The notes beneath the pieces are model-generated. The model ran no database searches and was not told the origin of the DNA. It worked only from the letters and a program-made list of their open reading frames with translations. Source: a virus. From it: a stretch of 64,000 nt of DNA. Shown here in pieces: positions 8,853 through 20,812 of this stretch; positions within the stretch are counted from its first letter, which is position 1, and every line of letters begins with the position of its first letter. The stretch lies in IMG/VR virus record IMGVR_UViG_3300031578_000013, positions 1 to 64,000 of that record; one strand, written 5' to 3'. A program made the translations under genes and the position numbers.

Positions 8853-9267
8853 TTGATGAAAGATAAGGGTGGTATCTAAAATGTGGTTACAAGATATCAA
8901 ATATAGATTTTACATATATGGAGCAATTCTTGGAATTCTCGTAGCAATACTTGTTGTTGCAACTAATACTGTAATATTAGATATGCAAAATAATGAAATA
9001 GAGCACACGAAAACAATAACCATTATTGGGAAAATCTGCCCGCATAACTTATTTGGTAGCAACCTTGGAAAAATACAAGATTCTGATGATGTTATATATT
9101 TCATAGATCCTTCAAAGTGCAACGAATATATTATAGGTTCTACAAGAAATATCTCGTATCATAAGATTCATCAGGTACTTAGTATGAAAATGTTTGATTT
9201 TAATAGAGTGTCTGGAAAATATGGGGGTTGGGATCATTGATGAAAGATAAGGGTGGTATCTAAAATG
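8853..9267 (+). repeat. 31-bp perfect direct repeat (8853-8883, 9237-9267) bracketing one gene
   Basis: TTGATGAAAGATAAGGGTGGTATCTAAAATG occurs twice. Confidence 0.95.
8881..9240 (+). CDS. Membrane-anchored protein inside the direct repeat
   Basis: N-terminal TM; its ATG is the last three bases of the repeat. Confidence 0.65.
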   Translation: MWLQDIKYRFYIYGAILGILVAILVVATNTVILDMQNNEIEHTKTITIIGKICPHNLFGSNLGKIQDSDDVIYFIDPSKCNEYIIGSTRNISYHKIHQVLSMKMFDFNRVSGKYGGWDH

Positions 9268-9915
9268 GCTAAACTCACAGAGAAAGAACGCGAAGGATTC
9301 GAGGCAATACTAATGTCCGATTTAAAAGCAATCAATTCCCGTTTTATGAGTCAGATAAAAGACTTTTGGGGTATTGCCAGAATACAGGTTCTTGAAACAA
9401 AAGGATGGGATAAACTCATTAAAGAAAAGGAATTGCTGGATATTCAACGGAAACAAATCATAGAACGCATCCATTCAATAGAGCATATTCTCAATAGCGA
9501 ACATCTGCTAGCAGAACAAGTAATAGAACTCGGTGGAAAAGCAAATGACTATGGCAAAATGGATGGTGCTAATTTCTATGGTATCCCGGTAACTTCTCAA
9601 TTCGAGTATGAAATAGTCGAGTATATCAGAAGTAATATTGATCTTGAAATCCCGTCAAAAATATTACGCGATGTTTGCCAATCGTCCATTCGTGCTCTTA
9701 CGATGTCTGGGTCATTTGAAGAGGCGAGGGGTGCGTATGAGAAGTTTTATTCGCTTGATTTCAGGAAGTATGGTGTTGATATTCCTCCGAGACTTGATGA
9801 TATTTGTGAGGATAGGAAAACTATGTTGTATGCACAACAATCTTTACAGCAGATTAATGGTGGGAAACCAGATATGAAATTGTTAGAGGGTGATAAAGAC
9901 AAGGAGGGGATTTGA
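9265..9915 (+). CDS. Hypothetical coiled-coil protein
   Basis: Long ORF whose ATG lies in the second repeat copy. Confidence 0.7.
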   Translation: MAKLTEKEREGFEAILMSDLKAINSRFMSQIKDFWGIARIQVLETKGWDKLIKEKELLDIQRKQIIERIHSIEHILNSEHLLAEQVIELGGKANDYGKMDGANFYGIPVTSQFEYEIVEYIRSNIDLEIPSKILRDVCQSSIRALTMSGSFEEARGAYEKFYSLDFRKYGVDIPPRLDDICEDRKTMLYAQQSLQQINGGKPDMKLLEGDKDKEGI

Positions 9916-10408
9916 AAATGCAAAAACAAGACACACAACCACACGATATTGTAAACTATCTACCAGTCCCAACATATCCATCCAAACCAACTCTACCACT
10001 AAAGAAAGCACTCGGTATAATCTCACAGTCACAGCACATCATTATCTCGAAAAACCTTACAGAAGAGCAGACTACAATGCTTATAGAGAACTGCACAAAA
10101 TTGATAGGGTTTATCGAGAGGGATTACTATCCGAAATCATTTCTGTCTGGTTTATTTGGTAGGGGTGATGAGTAATGACACATGGTTTTAAGTGGGAATA
10201 TCCATTATTTGCATTCTTATGTAGTGGGTGGTTCATAGCAATATATTTGGCAATGCTTCCTGGATTTAATAAAATGATGAGTGAAGCATCAGAAGATGGA
10301 ATACTGTTGAATGTAATTCCTCCTACAATGTGGTTGGGGATGTTTGTCGCTGCCAATATGGTTGGGTGGATGGTTGCTGTATTTATACCCACTGGAGTTG
10401 ATGAATAA
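9912..10408 (+). other. Two coupled hypothetical genes (9912..10175; 10175..10408, two-TM)
   Basis: ORF track; overlapping stop/start codons. Confidence 0.55.
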
Positions 10409-11116
10409 TGCCCTTTGAATGGTGTTACATCTGCAATGAGTTTATAGACACTGTGTTGATTCAGAATTGTGGCAAGTGGGATAAGAGCGTTGAGGTTACT
10501 CATCGCTGTATGGAGTGTGGTTTTGAATGGAGTGAGATTGTGTGAGAGGTGGTGTTGGAGATTGTGTGGATGGTATGCGTAACATACTTCAGCAACCTGT
10601 CGATATTTTTCGCAGAATGCATATTATTGAATCTTGGATTACCAACATCAGCAAAAATAAAAGAAATATGAACCAACCAAGCAATAATTTCAACCAAAAA
10701 TATCTTTTACTACTCGATAGTATGGACAAACGACGGAAACGGAGAAATCCCATGCGATATGTAATGATGAGGGCAAAACGGAGTTGTGATGGGGATTTGG
10801 TATGAATAAACAATCCAAAGAAGATTTTGCAACGGTTCTACTCGCAGGAGTAATTGCAGCAACAATTTTTGGAATCGTTGCGGTTCGTGATGATGTTGTA
10901 GGAATTCTTATGTTAATCGGATTTCTGGTATTTCTTATTGGGGTGTATTCGTTTGGTAACTGGGAGTATGAAAAGATATGAATAAAAAGAAGATAATCGT
11001 CGAGAATACAAACAACGAAATCCAACTCACTATAGGAGACAAACTCCTAATGCTTGTATTTGCAGCGATAGGAATACCACTACTATTTCTCTGCATTATC
11101 AAGCAACACTTTTAAG

Positions 11117-11329
11117 TTACTTTCTCTTCTTCATAGCCTTATCAATCGCCGCCATTCTTTTCTCTGCAACGGGTAATACTATATAATAAGATTTATATTC
11201 CTTCAAGTGTTGTTTAGCGATCCTAATCGCTCTCCTCTTGTTATACTCTGGTGATGCGGTCGGAGTAGCGTGTTCCATTTCAATCTTAGTGCCTATGGCG
11301 AGTTGCTTCTTGTTATACATACTTCCCAT
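11117..11329 (-). CDS. DUF5661-like small viral protein
   Basis: QLAIGTKIEMEH...IAKQHLKE...YY motif. Confidence 0.6.
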   Translation of the reverse strand: MGSMYNKKQLAIGTKIEMEHATPTASPEYNKRRAIRIAKQHLKEYKSYYIVLPVAEKRMAAIDKAMKKRK

Positions 11330-11376
11330 AGAGTATGCAAAACCTATAAATCTTCCCATGCCAATCACTCTATAGT

Positions 11377-11565
11377 ATGGCAACTCCAATCATGACTGGT
11401 AATCGGCAGATGCAGGAGTATCTTCGGCAGCAGTATGAGCAAGCCCATCGCTTCCATAGCATCTTCGAGTACGAGCGTGGCCTGACAAAACGTGAGGCAC
11501 ATGCCGTAGCATTCCAGCAACTCCTGGCGGCAAAGCGTGCAGCAGAATCGCAACATAGAAGGTAA
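11377..11565 (+). CDS. Hypothetical protein
   Basis: 62-aa ORF; GLTKREAH motif. Confidence 0.5.
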   Translation: MATPIMTGNRQMQEYLRQQYEQAHRFHSIFEYERGLTKREAHAVAFQQLLAAKRAAESQHRR

Positions 11566-11640
11566 TACAGTAGCATCTGCAAAATATGCAAAACGTTTAT
11601 ATTCTGCAAAAACTGTCTATACAGTAGGAGCGTGATCAGG

Positions 11641-11736
11641 ATGGTTCAGAAAACCAAGGTGAAGGTAAAGCAGTATGTGAGAGATGTGCCGAGTAAATAC
11701 CGTCACCACAAAACGCCAAGACCGAAAAAGTATTAA
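11641..11736 (+). CDS. Very small, highly basic protein (31 aa)
   Basis: MVQKTKVKVKQYVRDVPSKYRHHKTPRPKKY, preceded by AGGAG and a TATA-like TTTATATT. Confidence 0.45.
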   Translation: MVQKTKVKVKQYVRDVPSKYRHHKTPRPKKY

Positions 11737-12296
11737 AAAGACTCTTCTTTTATTTTTGATCTCCATCTATTTCCAAGACCACTATACATAGATGTGTTTT
11801 TAGACGAATTACAATGTCGACATAACGCTTGTGCATTTTTAAATGTTAATGCACCACCCTTTGATAATGGTATTATACAATCTTTTTGTGCTTTCATATC
11901 TTCTGAAAATACACGCATACAAATAGCGCATCTATGATTCTGCATAATTAAAATATAATTCCATTCTACAAATGATAGTGTGTGTTCAACATTTATATTA
12001 TATTTTCTAGATACACTCCTATGATCCTCTTTTGAATAATTGAATTTTCCTTTTTCTGTAATACCAAATCTTTTTTTCCTGGATTTATACCGTGGTGTTT
12101 TTTCGAGTTCTTTTTCCCTGGCTTTGTAGAATGGCGAGATCCTATATTCGCGCTTACACTTTATGCAAATTATCATGAGACCATCTTTATTTCTTTTATC
12201 TTTATGGAATTCAGATACGGATTTTGCACAATTGCACTTAGTACAGATTTTTATTCCATTTACCGCTCTTGGCATACTTACAATATTTGGATTCAA
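11733..12296 (-). CDS. HNH endonuclease-family protein (catalytic His replaced by Cys)
   Basis: N-terminal CxxC...CxxC; C-terminal CAIC...KDCIIPLSKGG...NAQALCRHCNSSK. Confidence 0.8.
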   Translation of the reverse strand: MNPNIVSMPRAVNGIKICTKCNCAKSVSEFHKDKRNKDGLMIICIKCKREYRISPFYKAREKELEKTPRYKSRKKRFGITEKGKFNYSKEDHRSVSRKYNINVEHTLSFVEWNYILIMQNHRCAICMRVFSEDMKAQKDCIIPLSKGGALTFKNAQALCRHCNSSKNTSMYSGLGNRWRSKIKEESF

Positions 12297-12661
12297 AATA
12301 TATATAGTACGTCCCGACGATTTTACAGGAGTGAGAAAATTTAGAAAAAAATTTTTTTCGAGGTGAAAATTGACCGGTACGTCCCGCCACTTTTGGGTGC
12401 ACGTATCGACGCGCTCTGACCATTGGTTTCTTCTTAAAAGGGGGATGGGGGTACGGCCTTAGTATTTTGATTAGAAGAAAAAAATTTTTAAATTTTTGAG
12501 GGTGCGTCCCTATTCGCACATCGGCCATAATTCCCACCGATCGCCATCTCAACAATTTTGCCATTACAGGGTATATCGGTTAAGCACGGTTTTTCCGATG
12601 GACTACCAAAGATATCCCGGTTTTAATTGGCTTTTAGATTGTGTGGTTTTTTTGGGGATAG

Positions 12662-12669
12662 TTATATAA
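12662..12669 (+). promoter_or_regulatory. TATA box heading the early small-gene region
   Basis: TTATATAA followed by an AAGGAG RBS and ATG 12712/12721. Confidence 0.6.
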
Positions 12670-14198
12670 ACTAGTAATAACATATTAGAAAGTGCCTAAC
12701 AGGTTAAGGAGATGAGAAAAATGCCGTACGCAATAACAAATGGAACGGAATGGTTAAGTGGTGTAATTACCGCCGGTAAAACACGACCGATATTAACAAA
12801 GCTCACAGAACGCCGGTACGAGTACGACGACTATAACGCTGCTGATGACGTAATTACGGGATTATATCAAAACGGGTACGGCCCGGTAGCTACCACTCTG
12901 CGTATTGTACCGGTACGAACACTCTCACTTTTTGCCCGGATTACGCCCGGACTCGTAAACAGATGTATTGTGATTGCGATATCCTGTGGGGAGCGGGAGC
13001 ACCGTGGTACGGTCGCAAAGAACACAGTGGATATAGTATTCAGGTGTGATCATGTCAGTACTGGATAAAAGACAGGATATCGAACAGATTACCGATGCAC
13101 TGCTATATGATGCAATGGGATCGCGGCGGTTTGTCCATGCAGTATGCAACGACCTGAACGCTTTTTCGGCCAATGTTGAGGATTACAAAGGGATCATCTA
13201 TGCATGGGCTAACCGGCTATACATCGCTAATCAAATTGCGTATATTCTCACCTATTCGCATAATGATGACTGCGATATGACCATTGTGCAGCTCAACGAC
13301 ACGGACCACTTAAACCACGGTGGGCATCTGATGAAGGATATTGCCCGGTGGTATAGGATGTTGGAATCAATTAAGTATAATTTGTTCTCTAACGGCGGGC
13401 AGGTTATGTTATGCCGTGAGGATATGGAGCGCCTTGATACTCTAATGAGCGTACTGAGCCGGGAAATAGTCGGAATGTATCAAAAGGAAAAAGGAAAGGT
13501 GAAATAATTATGAATTGGCTAAACGCAGTGCAGGAAGTAAAGAGAGATCATCAATTTTGTATGATACACACCCCAACCGGCAACAAGGTAACAAAGAGAA
13601 AAACAAATTTCTATATCGATACATTAGAATCTATAGAAAATTTGGAGACTGAAGGATCTTCGGATAAAGCAATTTGCAAAATATTACCAACCGCAAAAAA
13701 GGTACTGAAAACCGATTGTGTGTTAATGGATGCTGTAACCGCAAATATGCTATGCTGTATCTACGATGCACTATCACCGGATAACCAAAAGAAATTCGCA
13801 GGATTTAAAATCGATTTTGCAGTAAAAACGGGATGGAAATTATACGAAAAATGCAAGGTGTGATCATGACTGAAGTATTGCAATACATCAGGAAAAACCG
13901 GGGCAGGTTGCCAAAGATGTTTCTGCCCTTCTCTCTGTTAAGAACATCACAGAGATCAGGATAGTAAAGAGAGAAAAAGAAATATTCGTTTATTCGGGGA
14001 GTGAGTAAGATGTCACAATTTATCTTGAAAATCAAGTTAGGCAATGAAGCAATGCTAACAGGTTATGACATTGCAGGCGCATTAAGAGAGATTGCCGATA
14101 AGGTAAATGATAATGAAGATATGAGAGAATTTTCAGGAGAAAAAAGGATACTGGATATTAACGGTAATAGCGTTGGTACGTGGTCAGTAAAGTAAATC

Positions 14199-14259
14199 TA
14201 CCCTCATAAACCTTTTAGGGTTTTTGCGTTCAATCGCATTGAGGGTATACCTGCGCAGG
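14199..14259 (+). ncRNA. Candidate structured RNA element, copy 1 (three-way junction with T-loop-like hairpin)
   Basis: TACCCTCA...TGAGGGTA stem enclosing AAACC-ttttag-GGTTT and GCG-TTCAAT-CGC hairpins; intergenic. Confidence 0.5.
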
Positions 14260-15534
14260 CAGGGATTAGAGGAGATGTAAAGACAATGTTGGAAGTGTTT
14301 GTAATCTATCAGCATAGAAATATGCAGAAATTTGTATTCGGATATACAAAGGATGAAAAAATCGCAGTATCCGAATTAATGCGATTGACGAATGAATCAA
14401 GCGAAAACCATTTTTCGATGGAATATAATTTCATCCCGTTTAATGGTGTATTGCTAAAGGATAATTCACACAAATAAGGAGATGTAAAGTAATGCAAGCA
14501 AAAACCAGATATTCGGTAAATGTGATGGATCTCACAAAAGACGATGTCTTAAGCACCTTTATGATCGCGCCGGTGATTCAATCACGAATAATTGTAGATG
14601 TTGAAAAAGGGCGCATTGATGGTAAAGCAGTGGTGCTTGATTGTCCTGAAGAGCAAGCATTAGCGATAATTGAGATCATCCATCAGAAGTATGGGAAAAA
14701 TGAATTCAGATGCTATAAGGGCACAAAGAGGATTTAACCATGCCAAAAACAATTAAAATTTCAATCATCCAAGATGAGATCAATCGACTACTATCACTGG
14801 ATAACATCGACGAACAAACCAAAATTACCCTTTGTAATTTCATCGAAAAAATCCTTATGGATACCAAAAACTATAAGGGTTTTAATCACATCGACTGGTC
14901 AAACGGAGGTTTCGATCAATGGGAAAAAGACGGCGAACCGGGGTTTCCTGAAAAATCAAAATATCTCGGAAGGGAATATTCAAGGGTATATTACAAAAGT
15001 GAGAAGTTGATTTAACCATGTCACAAATTACCACTCACAGAAAATCCCTTTTTGATATCTCATTACGGGATATCCAATTAGACAAACATATGATAGTGAT
15101 ACGAGAAATAGAACCGGCGTATAATGATTCGTTCGCATATTACCTTTGTACAATTAGGGAAATTCATAATCCAGAAAGTAAAGACCCTGTAGTATGTGTC
15201 TGGATTAAGGCTATGTCTTTTGACGATAAAAGATGGTATAAATCATCATCCACATTAGCATGGTTTAGAGCATCAAAAATATTGAGGATTGATAATAATC
15301 TTCAATATGAATTATTACCGGAGCCCTGATCATTATGCAAAAACAGAAAGGTGAATAACAATGATGAAAATGGAGCGACCAATATCATACAAAGCAGCGG
15401 TATCCGAAAAACGATCACTAATGAGATGTGGTATAAAATGTCACGTAATTGAATCAAAAATATTTAATTTGGATTACTTATACAATCGTAATGAACCTCA
15501 ATGGATATCCACCTACATGGTACAATTATTATAA

Positions 15535-15595
15535 TCCCATTTTTACATCGGTAATAGCGTTCAATCGCAAAATGGGAATACCCTGTAATGGGGTT
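15535..15595 (+). ncRNA. Candidate structured RNA element, copy 2
   Basis: TCCCATTTT...AAAATGGGA stem enclosing TAC-atcg-GTA and GCG-TTCAAT-CGC hairpins; intergenic. Confidence 0.5.
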
Positions 15596-18500
15596 AAGGG
15601 AGATGTCAGACTATGAGAAACACAAAAAAACTGGATGCTCTATTAATCGAAAAATCGGTTAATATGGCACGCCGAAAAGGAGACGAATATAACGGTTTCC
15701 TTTTTGCACAAATGAATACAGCGCGTTTAACCGATGCTGAAAGAAGATCCTGCAATGTGTATCTATTCGGTGCAATGTGGGATAGGATGACCATTGAAGA
15801 TTTGAAGGCATTACCATGATGCAAATATCATCAACCCGAAAAAACATTGCTATGGTTGTGTTTACCATTGGTGATACAATCCATTTTACACCACTGGACA
15901 AATACAACCCTAATGTAATGGATGCAAAAGCACCGGTGTTCGATGGAACTTTTGATGACTGCGTGACATTCATTTCAGAGGTTTTATAATGGATGCCTAT
16001 TTCACAACTTGTAAAGATGCTGGTCGCACTGCATACCTGTTAGGGCCATTCACCACAGAAAAAGCATGTAAAGTATTTGCAGAATTCCCGGAGGATAACC
16101 CAGAATCCAGGCACACTGAAATATATGATGCATGTTGTGAGATTGATCGCAAGGCGCACTTTTTCGCATATGGTATGTGTCGAGTAAGGGATTTTAAACC
16201 GGGTGAAATAACCGGGATTTTGAATAGAGTTGATAAAGAGAAATGGGATAAGGTGTTAGGATGACGTTCGATAAAGTAATACCATATCGTTGCTCAACTG
16301 GGTGCAAGCCCTTTATGCTAGCAACAAACATCAATGCACCAATTTGTCCAACGTGTAAAGATCCGATGACACGATCAAAAGAGCATTTTGCACAAAAGAG
16401 GAGATATTACCATGTTGATTAATTACGCTATCCGAGATATCAATACGGGAAAATATTACCGTCATCCAAAAACCGATGTAACCGGCGAACGACTAGAGTT
16501 GGTATCTGGTATAAACCGGGCTATGACATGGGTACAATCAGATGATGGAGAACCACGTACAGCCCGCTATGTAATCTGTCATCATAACCTAATCGGTTGT
16601 GAAATTGTAGCATGTTATGAACATGAAAATCTTAAGAAAGGGAGATTGTATAACCGGGAAGTTAAGGGAGTTGTATCATGACCACAATTCCTGAAAAAGA
16701 ATGGAAAAAGATACAAACTCTATCTGATACTATCAAACGTAAAGTATGGGAGATTGAGAACGATATAGAAAATCTGGATAACCTCTTACACGCTTTACAT
16801 GGAGAAGGTATTAGAAACCGAAAATATACCACGAGTGGTTATCCGCAGGTATTTCAAAATGGGGAATGGGTTGATCGGTGATGGGATCATGATAGAATTC
16901 GCAGATAACAAAACAGGTAAAACCATTATGGTATCCCATGCAGAATCCTTCAAGTACGGCTCTGAAAATCAAAGACGTTTTGCGGATAAGATATCTGCAA
17001 AATATATCCTGATAACAGGAGACAATAGAGGGCGATTGCCACTATGGACAAAGCGTATCTTGAAGGAGAATAATCTTTGGTATAGAAAGATAGGGCGCAC
17101 CACGTATAAGAGTAATACTTTTGCGTTGTATGACGAGAGGATGAAACCATGAATCAAGTATTCAAAGATATTGATGCTATCCTTACTGAATACAAAGTAA
17201 AAGGATTCAAAGTAACTGATGGTGAAATGATCGCTATAAGGAAAAACCATCTTTGGTATTATTTCAGATGGAATTGCAAAGAAAATGGATTAATGCTATC
17301 GGGTGAAACTGATCGTTATGAAAGGAGATGGTAAAACAATGACCCCAGAAGAAATTGCAAAAAACAAAAGATTGCAAGATACGCAATGGAACAAACAACC
17401 AATACCGGATAAATTCGATATGCAGGGGATAATCAAATACCTGCACGAATACTCAGGGAGAATCCCCAACGAGAACGAATGTTTACGATTCAATATGTTT
17501 CTTGAATCATTCCAGGGGAAACCATCAGAGCGGGAATGCTCTGATTTCTTACAGGTATTGGGGATGGTTAAGAAATGACCCCCTCCAAAAAATCCCTACT
17601 CAACCTCTTCAAAGCAAACACCGGCAAAACACAACTCAGAGTGCCACAGATTGATGAGCGGAGGATAGTATTGCAAGGGTGGCAGAATAGCAAGGTAAAG
17701 AATTATAGGAAGTGGTGATGATGAAAATTACAAAAGATGGATACTTTAAAAAAGGCGCATTTAAACTGGGTGTAAACCCAACAATGATCGGACAGAAGAT
17801 CATACACGTTGATCGGTGTGAAACTCCATACGGTTATGATGGATCTTATTGCACGATTGCTGGAATAGGAATTCCACAAAATCCAAAATATGAATATGTG
17901 ATCTTGAGAGAAATTTGTAAGGATAGATCACTCGTGATTGAATGGAATCCCCGCATATTCCCGGGCGAATTATCCAGATTAGAACCGTGGTGGAATGATG
18001 GCAAATGGGTTTTGCTAGAGAGTATAGTATGACCCTCTCCCACTTTGCAAAATCCTATCTCCATCTCCAGGGTGTCGAACTCCTAAAACCGCGAGAGAGA
18101 AGCAAACCCGTTGGGGATAGACAGGGTGAGACTATGATTAAGGTTGATCAATGTGAAAGGGGAGATTTATCATGAATATTGAAATTGGTTGCATTGACAA
18201 ATACGATGCTATGGAAAAATTCGGAAATGACGAGATTGACATTCTATTCCGCACATGGAACGAACAAAGAAATCGGATGACCGGGTGGAGATCATTCCAA
18301 AAAGTATGCAAAACTATTGCCAGTCCAGTATGGCCGTGGGAATATCCATGTTCACAAGTTGAATGGAAATATGTGAGGGTATCATGACCGATTTATCAGA
18401 TGTCGAAATACACTTGTATGTAGAGTGTGTTAAGATGAACTACTCAAAAGAACAATCCGAGAACTTCTTTAAGAGTGTGGATGAGACGATTAACTTCGAA

Positions 18501-19380
18501 TTTCTTAACATCTTACGAGAACAGTATGGGAAGGAGAGGTTATGAAACCAGAAACCAATGAACTGATACGAAACTGGTTTTATCAGTCATGTCTTAACCA
18601 TCAGACATTTAAAAATCTAAATTATCAAAACCAGTATAACGTAAGAAATCTCCTTGCTGGATTTCTTCAGGCGTGTGAAACATTCAAACACATTACTCGC
18701 GATGAAGGCACAAAGTTATTTGAAGAGTTGACATCATGATACCCAAAACAATCCAGGATGCAAATACACTCTACAACCCCAAAGTCCTCTATGATGTTTC
18801 AGATGAGTATGACACACTCCTGCAAAACGGAATGGGGTTCAATAGAGGTGAATCTAACATCGTTGCTATTGAGTCTGATACAGCAAAGCGCAACAAGAAA
18901 TTACAATCCCTGCGAGAGAAGAATCCCTTGCAGGAATACCGTGTGCAAGGAGATTATATAGACGCGATATGTTACTATCCCATGCACGGCTCGGATGCAG
19001 ATGTGCTTCAGGATGATAAGCAGGATTATGAATGGTCAGGGGAACAGATGGGTGTTTTGACGATGCCCTTTGATGGGAGGAAATGAAGTATGCAAAAAAC
19101 CCTCTTCGATTGCGCACGACGCCCGGCATTCAAAATCTGCGATAGGTATGACATAGATGGCGAGTGGCATCATAAGCAAGGCATCGATCCATGTATCGTT
19201 GTTGGCTACACCGATACAGGAATGGTTTTCAAGTCGGAGGGGGTGGTCGATGCCTAACACTGTCTAACAACGCTATTGTATATCTCCTCAAATACCAGCA
19301 CTGCACTACAAAGTGCAGCAATGCCACACGATGTAGCAATACAATACCCAATAATTTTCATCGCCGTATAAATCCTCACA

Positions 19381-19791
19381 ATGAAAGGGGAGTACAGGGG
19401 AATGAGAATGAATCTTAAACAAGCCAATAAAATCTCTAAAAGATTATCATCACAGTATGGGATTATCAATCCTCCCGTGGTGCAATCTTTACCATATTCC
19501 AGGATGGGAAAGAAAGTAATACTTGGGTATTACGATAACCTTGCAAATCAGATAGAGATAAACAAGTATGCTTTGGAATTGTGGAACGCCCAACAAATCA
19601 CCGATACCATAAAGCACGAGTTGATGCACGCCAGATGTTATCAGGACTTCGGGCATGGTGGACACGGAAAGCAATTTGGGTTACTATGTGATTTGTATGA
19701 ATTAACCAATGATATTAAAAGAGCAATCAAGCGACCACACGTATACCACATTAACAAAAAAGCACTACTGGAAATGCGAAGGGTGATTTGA
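19381..19791 (+). CDS. SprT-like zinc metalloprotease
   Basis: DTIKHELMH...GHGKQF (HExxH...H); the start may be the downstream Met at 19408. Confidence 0.8.
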   Translation: MKGEYRGMRMNLKQANKISKRLSSQYGIINPPVVQSLPYSRMGKKVILGYYDNLANQIEINKYALELWNAQQITDTIKHELMHARCYQDFGHGGHGKQFGLLCDLYELTNDIKRAIKRPHVYHINKKALLEMRRVI

Positions 19792-20057
19792 GTTATGCAG
19801 GTAATTTGGGATAGAAGGGGATATCCCGCGTGCTGTGAAAGTGAGGGGGTAAAAGTGGTGGTGGCGAAGGAACGATATATACGTCCAAACCCCGCTACAT
19901 TTTATGACGTTTGTGCAAAACGGACACACTTCCCAGTCAAAAACGGATGCCCGTTTGAATTAGGCAATATCATACGATGTCTCGATTATCACGTCGATTG
20001 TATCACGTGCATTAAGATGTATGCGTATTGCCGTAATCTTACTGGAGTTGGTCGGAT

Positions 20058-20642
20058 ATGAAAGTTATTGTTGGTTGTGAAGAAAGCCAGGTTATCTGCA
20101 AGGCATTCAGAGCAAAGGGACATGAAGCATACTCGTGTGATATTATACCTTGTAATGGTGGACACCCCGAATGGCATATTCAGGATGATGTTTTAAATCA
20201 TCTTGGAGATGGTTGGGACTTGGGAATCTTCCATCCGATGTGTACGCACCTTGCTGTATCAGGAGCGAGATGGTTTAAAGAGAAAGAGATTGTGCAAAAC
20301 GAAGCGATCGTATTTTTCTTTGAGTGTGTCAATGCACCCATACCGAAAATCTGTATCGAAAACCCCATCGGAATAATGAGCACCCTGTACCGTAAACCCG
20401 ATCAGTATATTCAACCCTATGAGTATGGACACCCCGAAACAAAGAAAACCTGTCTATGGCTTAAAGGATTGCCAAAACTTGTAGAGACAAACAACGTTCG
20501 TGATGGAATGTTGTTGTTACCAAAGAAACAACAGAATCGAATACACTATATGTCTCCATCTGATAACCGGTCATCTGAAAGATCAAAGACCTACACGGGA
20601 TGGGCAGAAGCAATGGCAACCCAATGGAATTTCAAGGAGTAA
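20058..20642 (+). CDS. Short phage-type DNA cytosine methyltransferase-like protein
   Basis: VIVGCEES...SCD, WDL.IFHPMC (PC motif IV), ENP (motif VI), IQP..YG, K.TCLW, RSKTY.G.A.AMA.QW. Confidence 0.7.
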   Translation: MKVIVGCEESQVICKAFRAKGHEAYSCDIIPCNGGHPEWHIQDDVLNHLGDGWDLGIFHPMCTHLAVSGARWFKEKEIVQNEAIVFFFECVNAPIPKICIENPIGIMSTLYRKPDQYIQPYEYGHPETKKTCLWLKGLPKLVETNNVRDGMLLLPKKQQNRIHYMSPSDNRSSERSKTYTGWAEAMATQWNFKE

Positions 20643-20812
20643 CTTTATGCAAAACCCAACACCGGCGCAAGCCCTACTCTATATCAAGTCCCGCTACCCA
20701 CATCATCGCTTGATATGGAATGACTACCTGAAAGCGCCGAAGGTAATGAAGGTTGAGAAGATATAAATAATAGTAGTAATATAGTAGATAATGCGAAACG
20801 GAGCACAATGGA

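Larger units (their letters stand above)
12712..19400 (+). other. Cluster of ~25 small co-oriented hypothetical genes (putative early/host-interaction region)
   Basis: ORFs include 12712, 13046, 13510, 14001, 14286, 14492, 14740, 15018, 15613, 15989, 16388, 16678, 17149, 17712, 18172, 18542 and 18736, with RBSs and ATGA overlaps. Confidence 0.7.
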
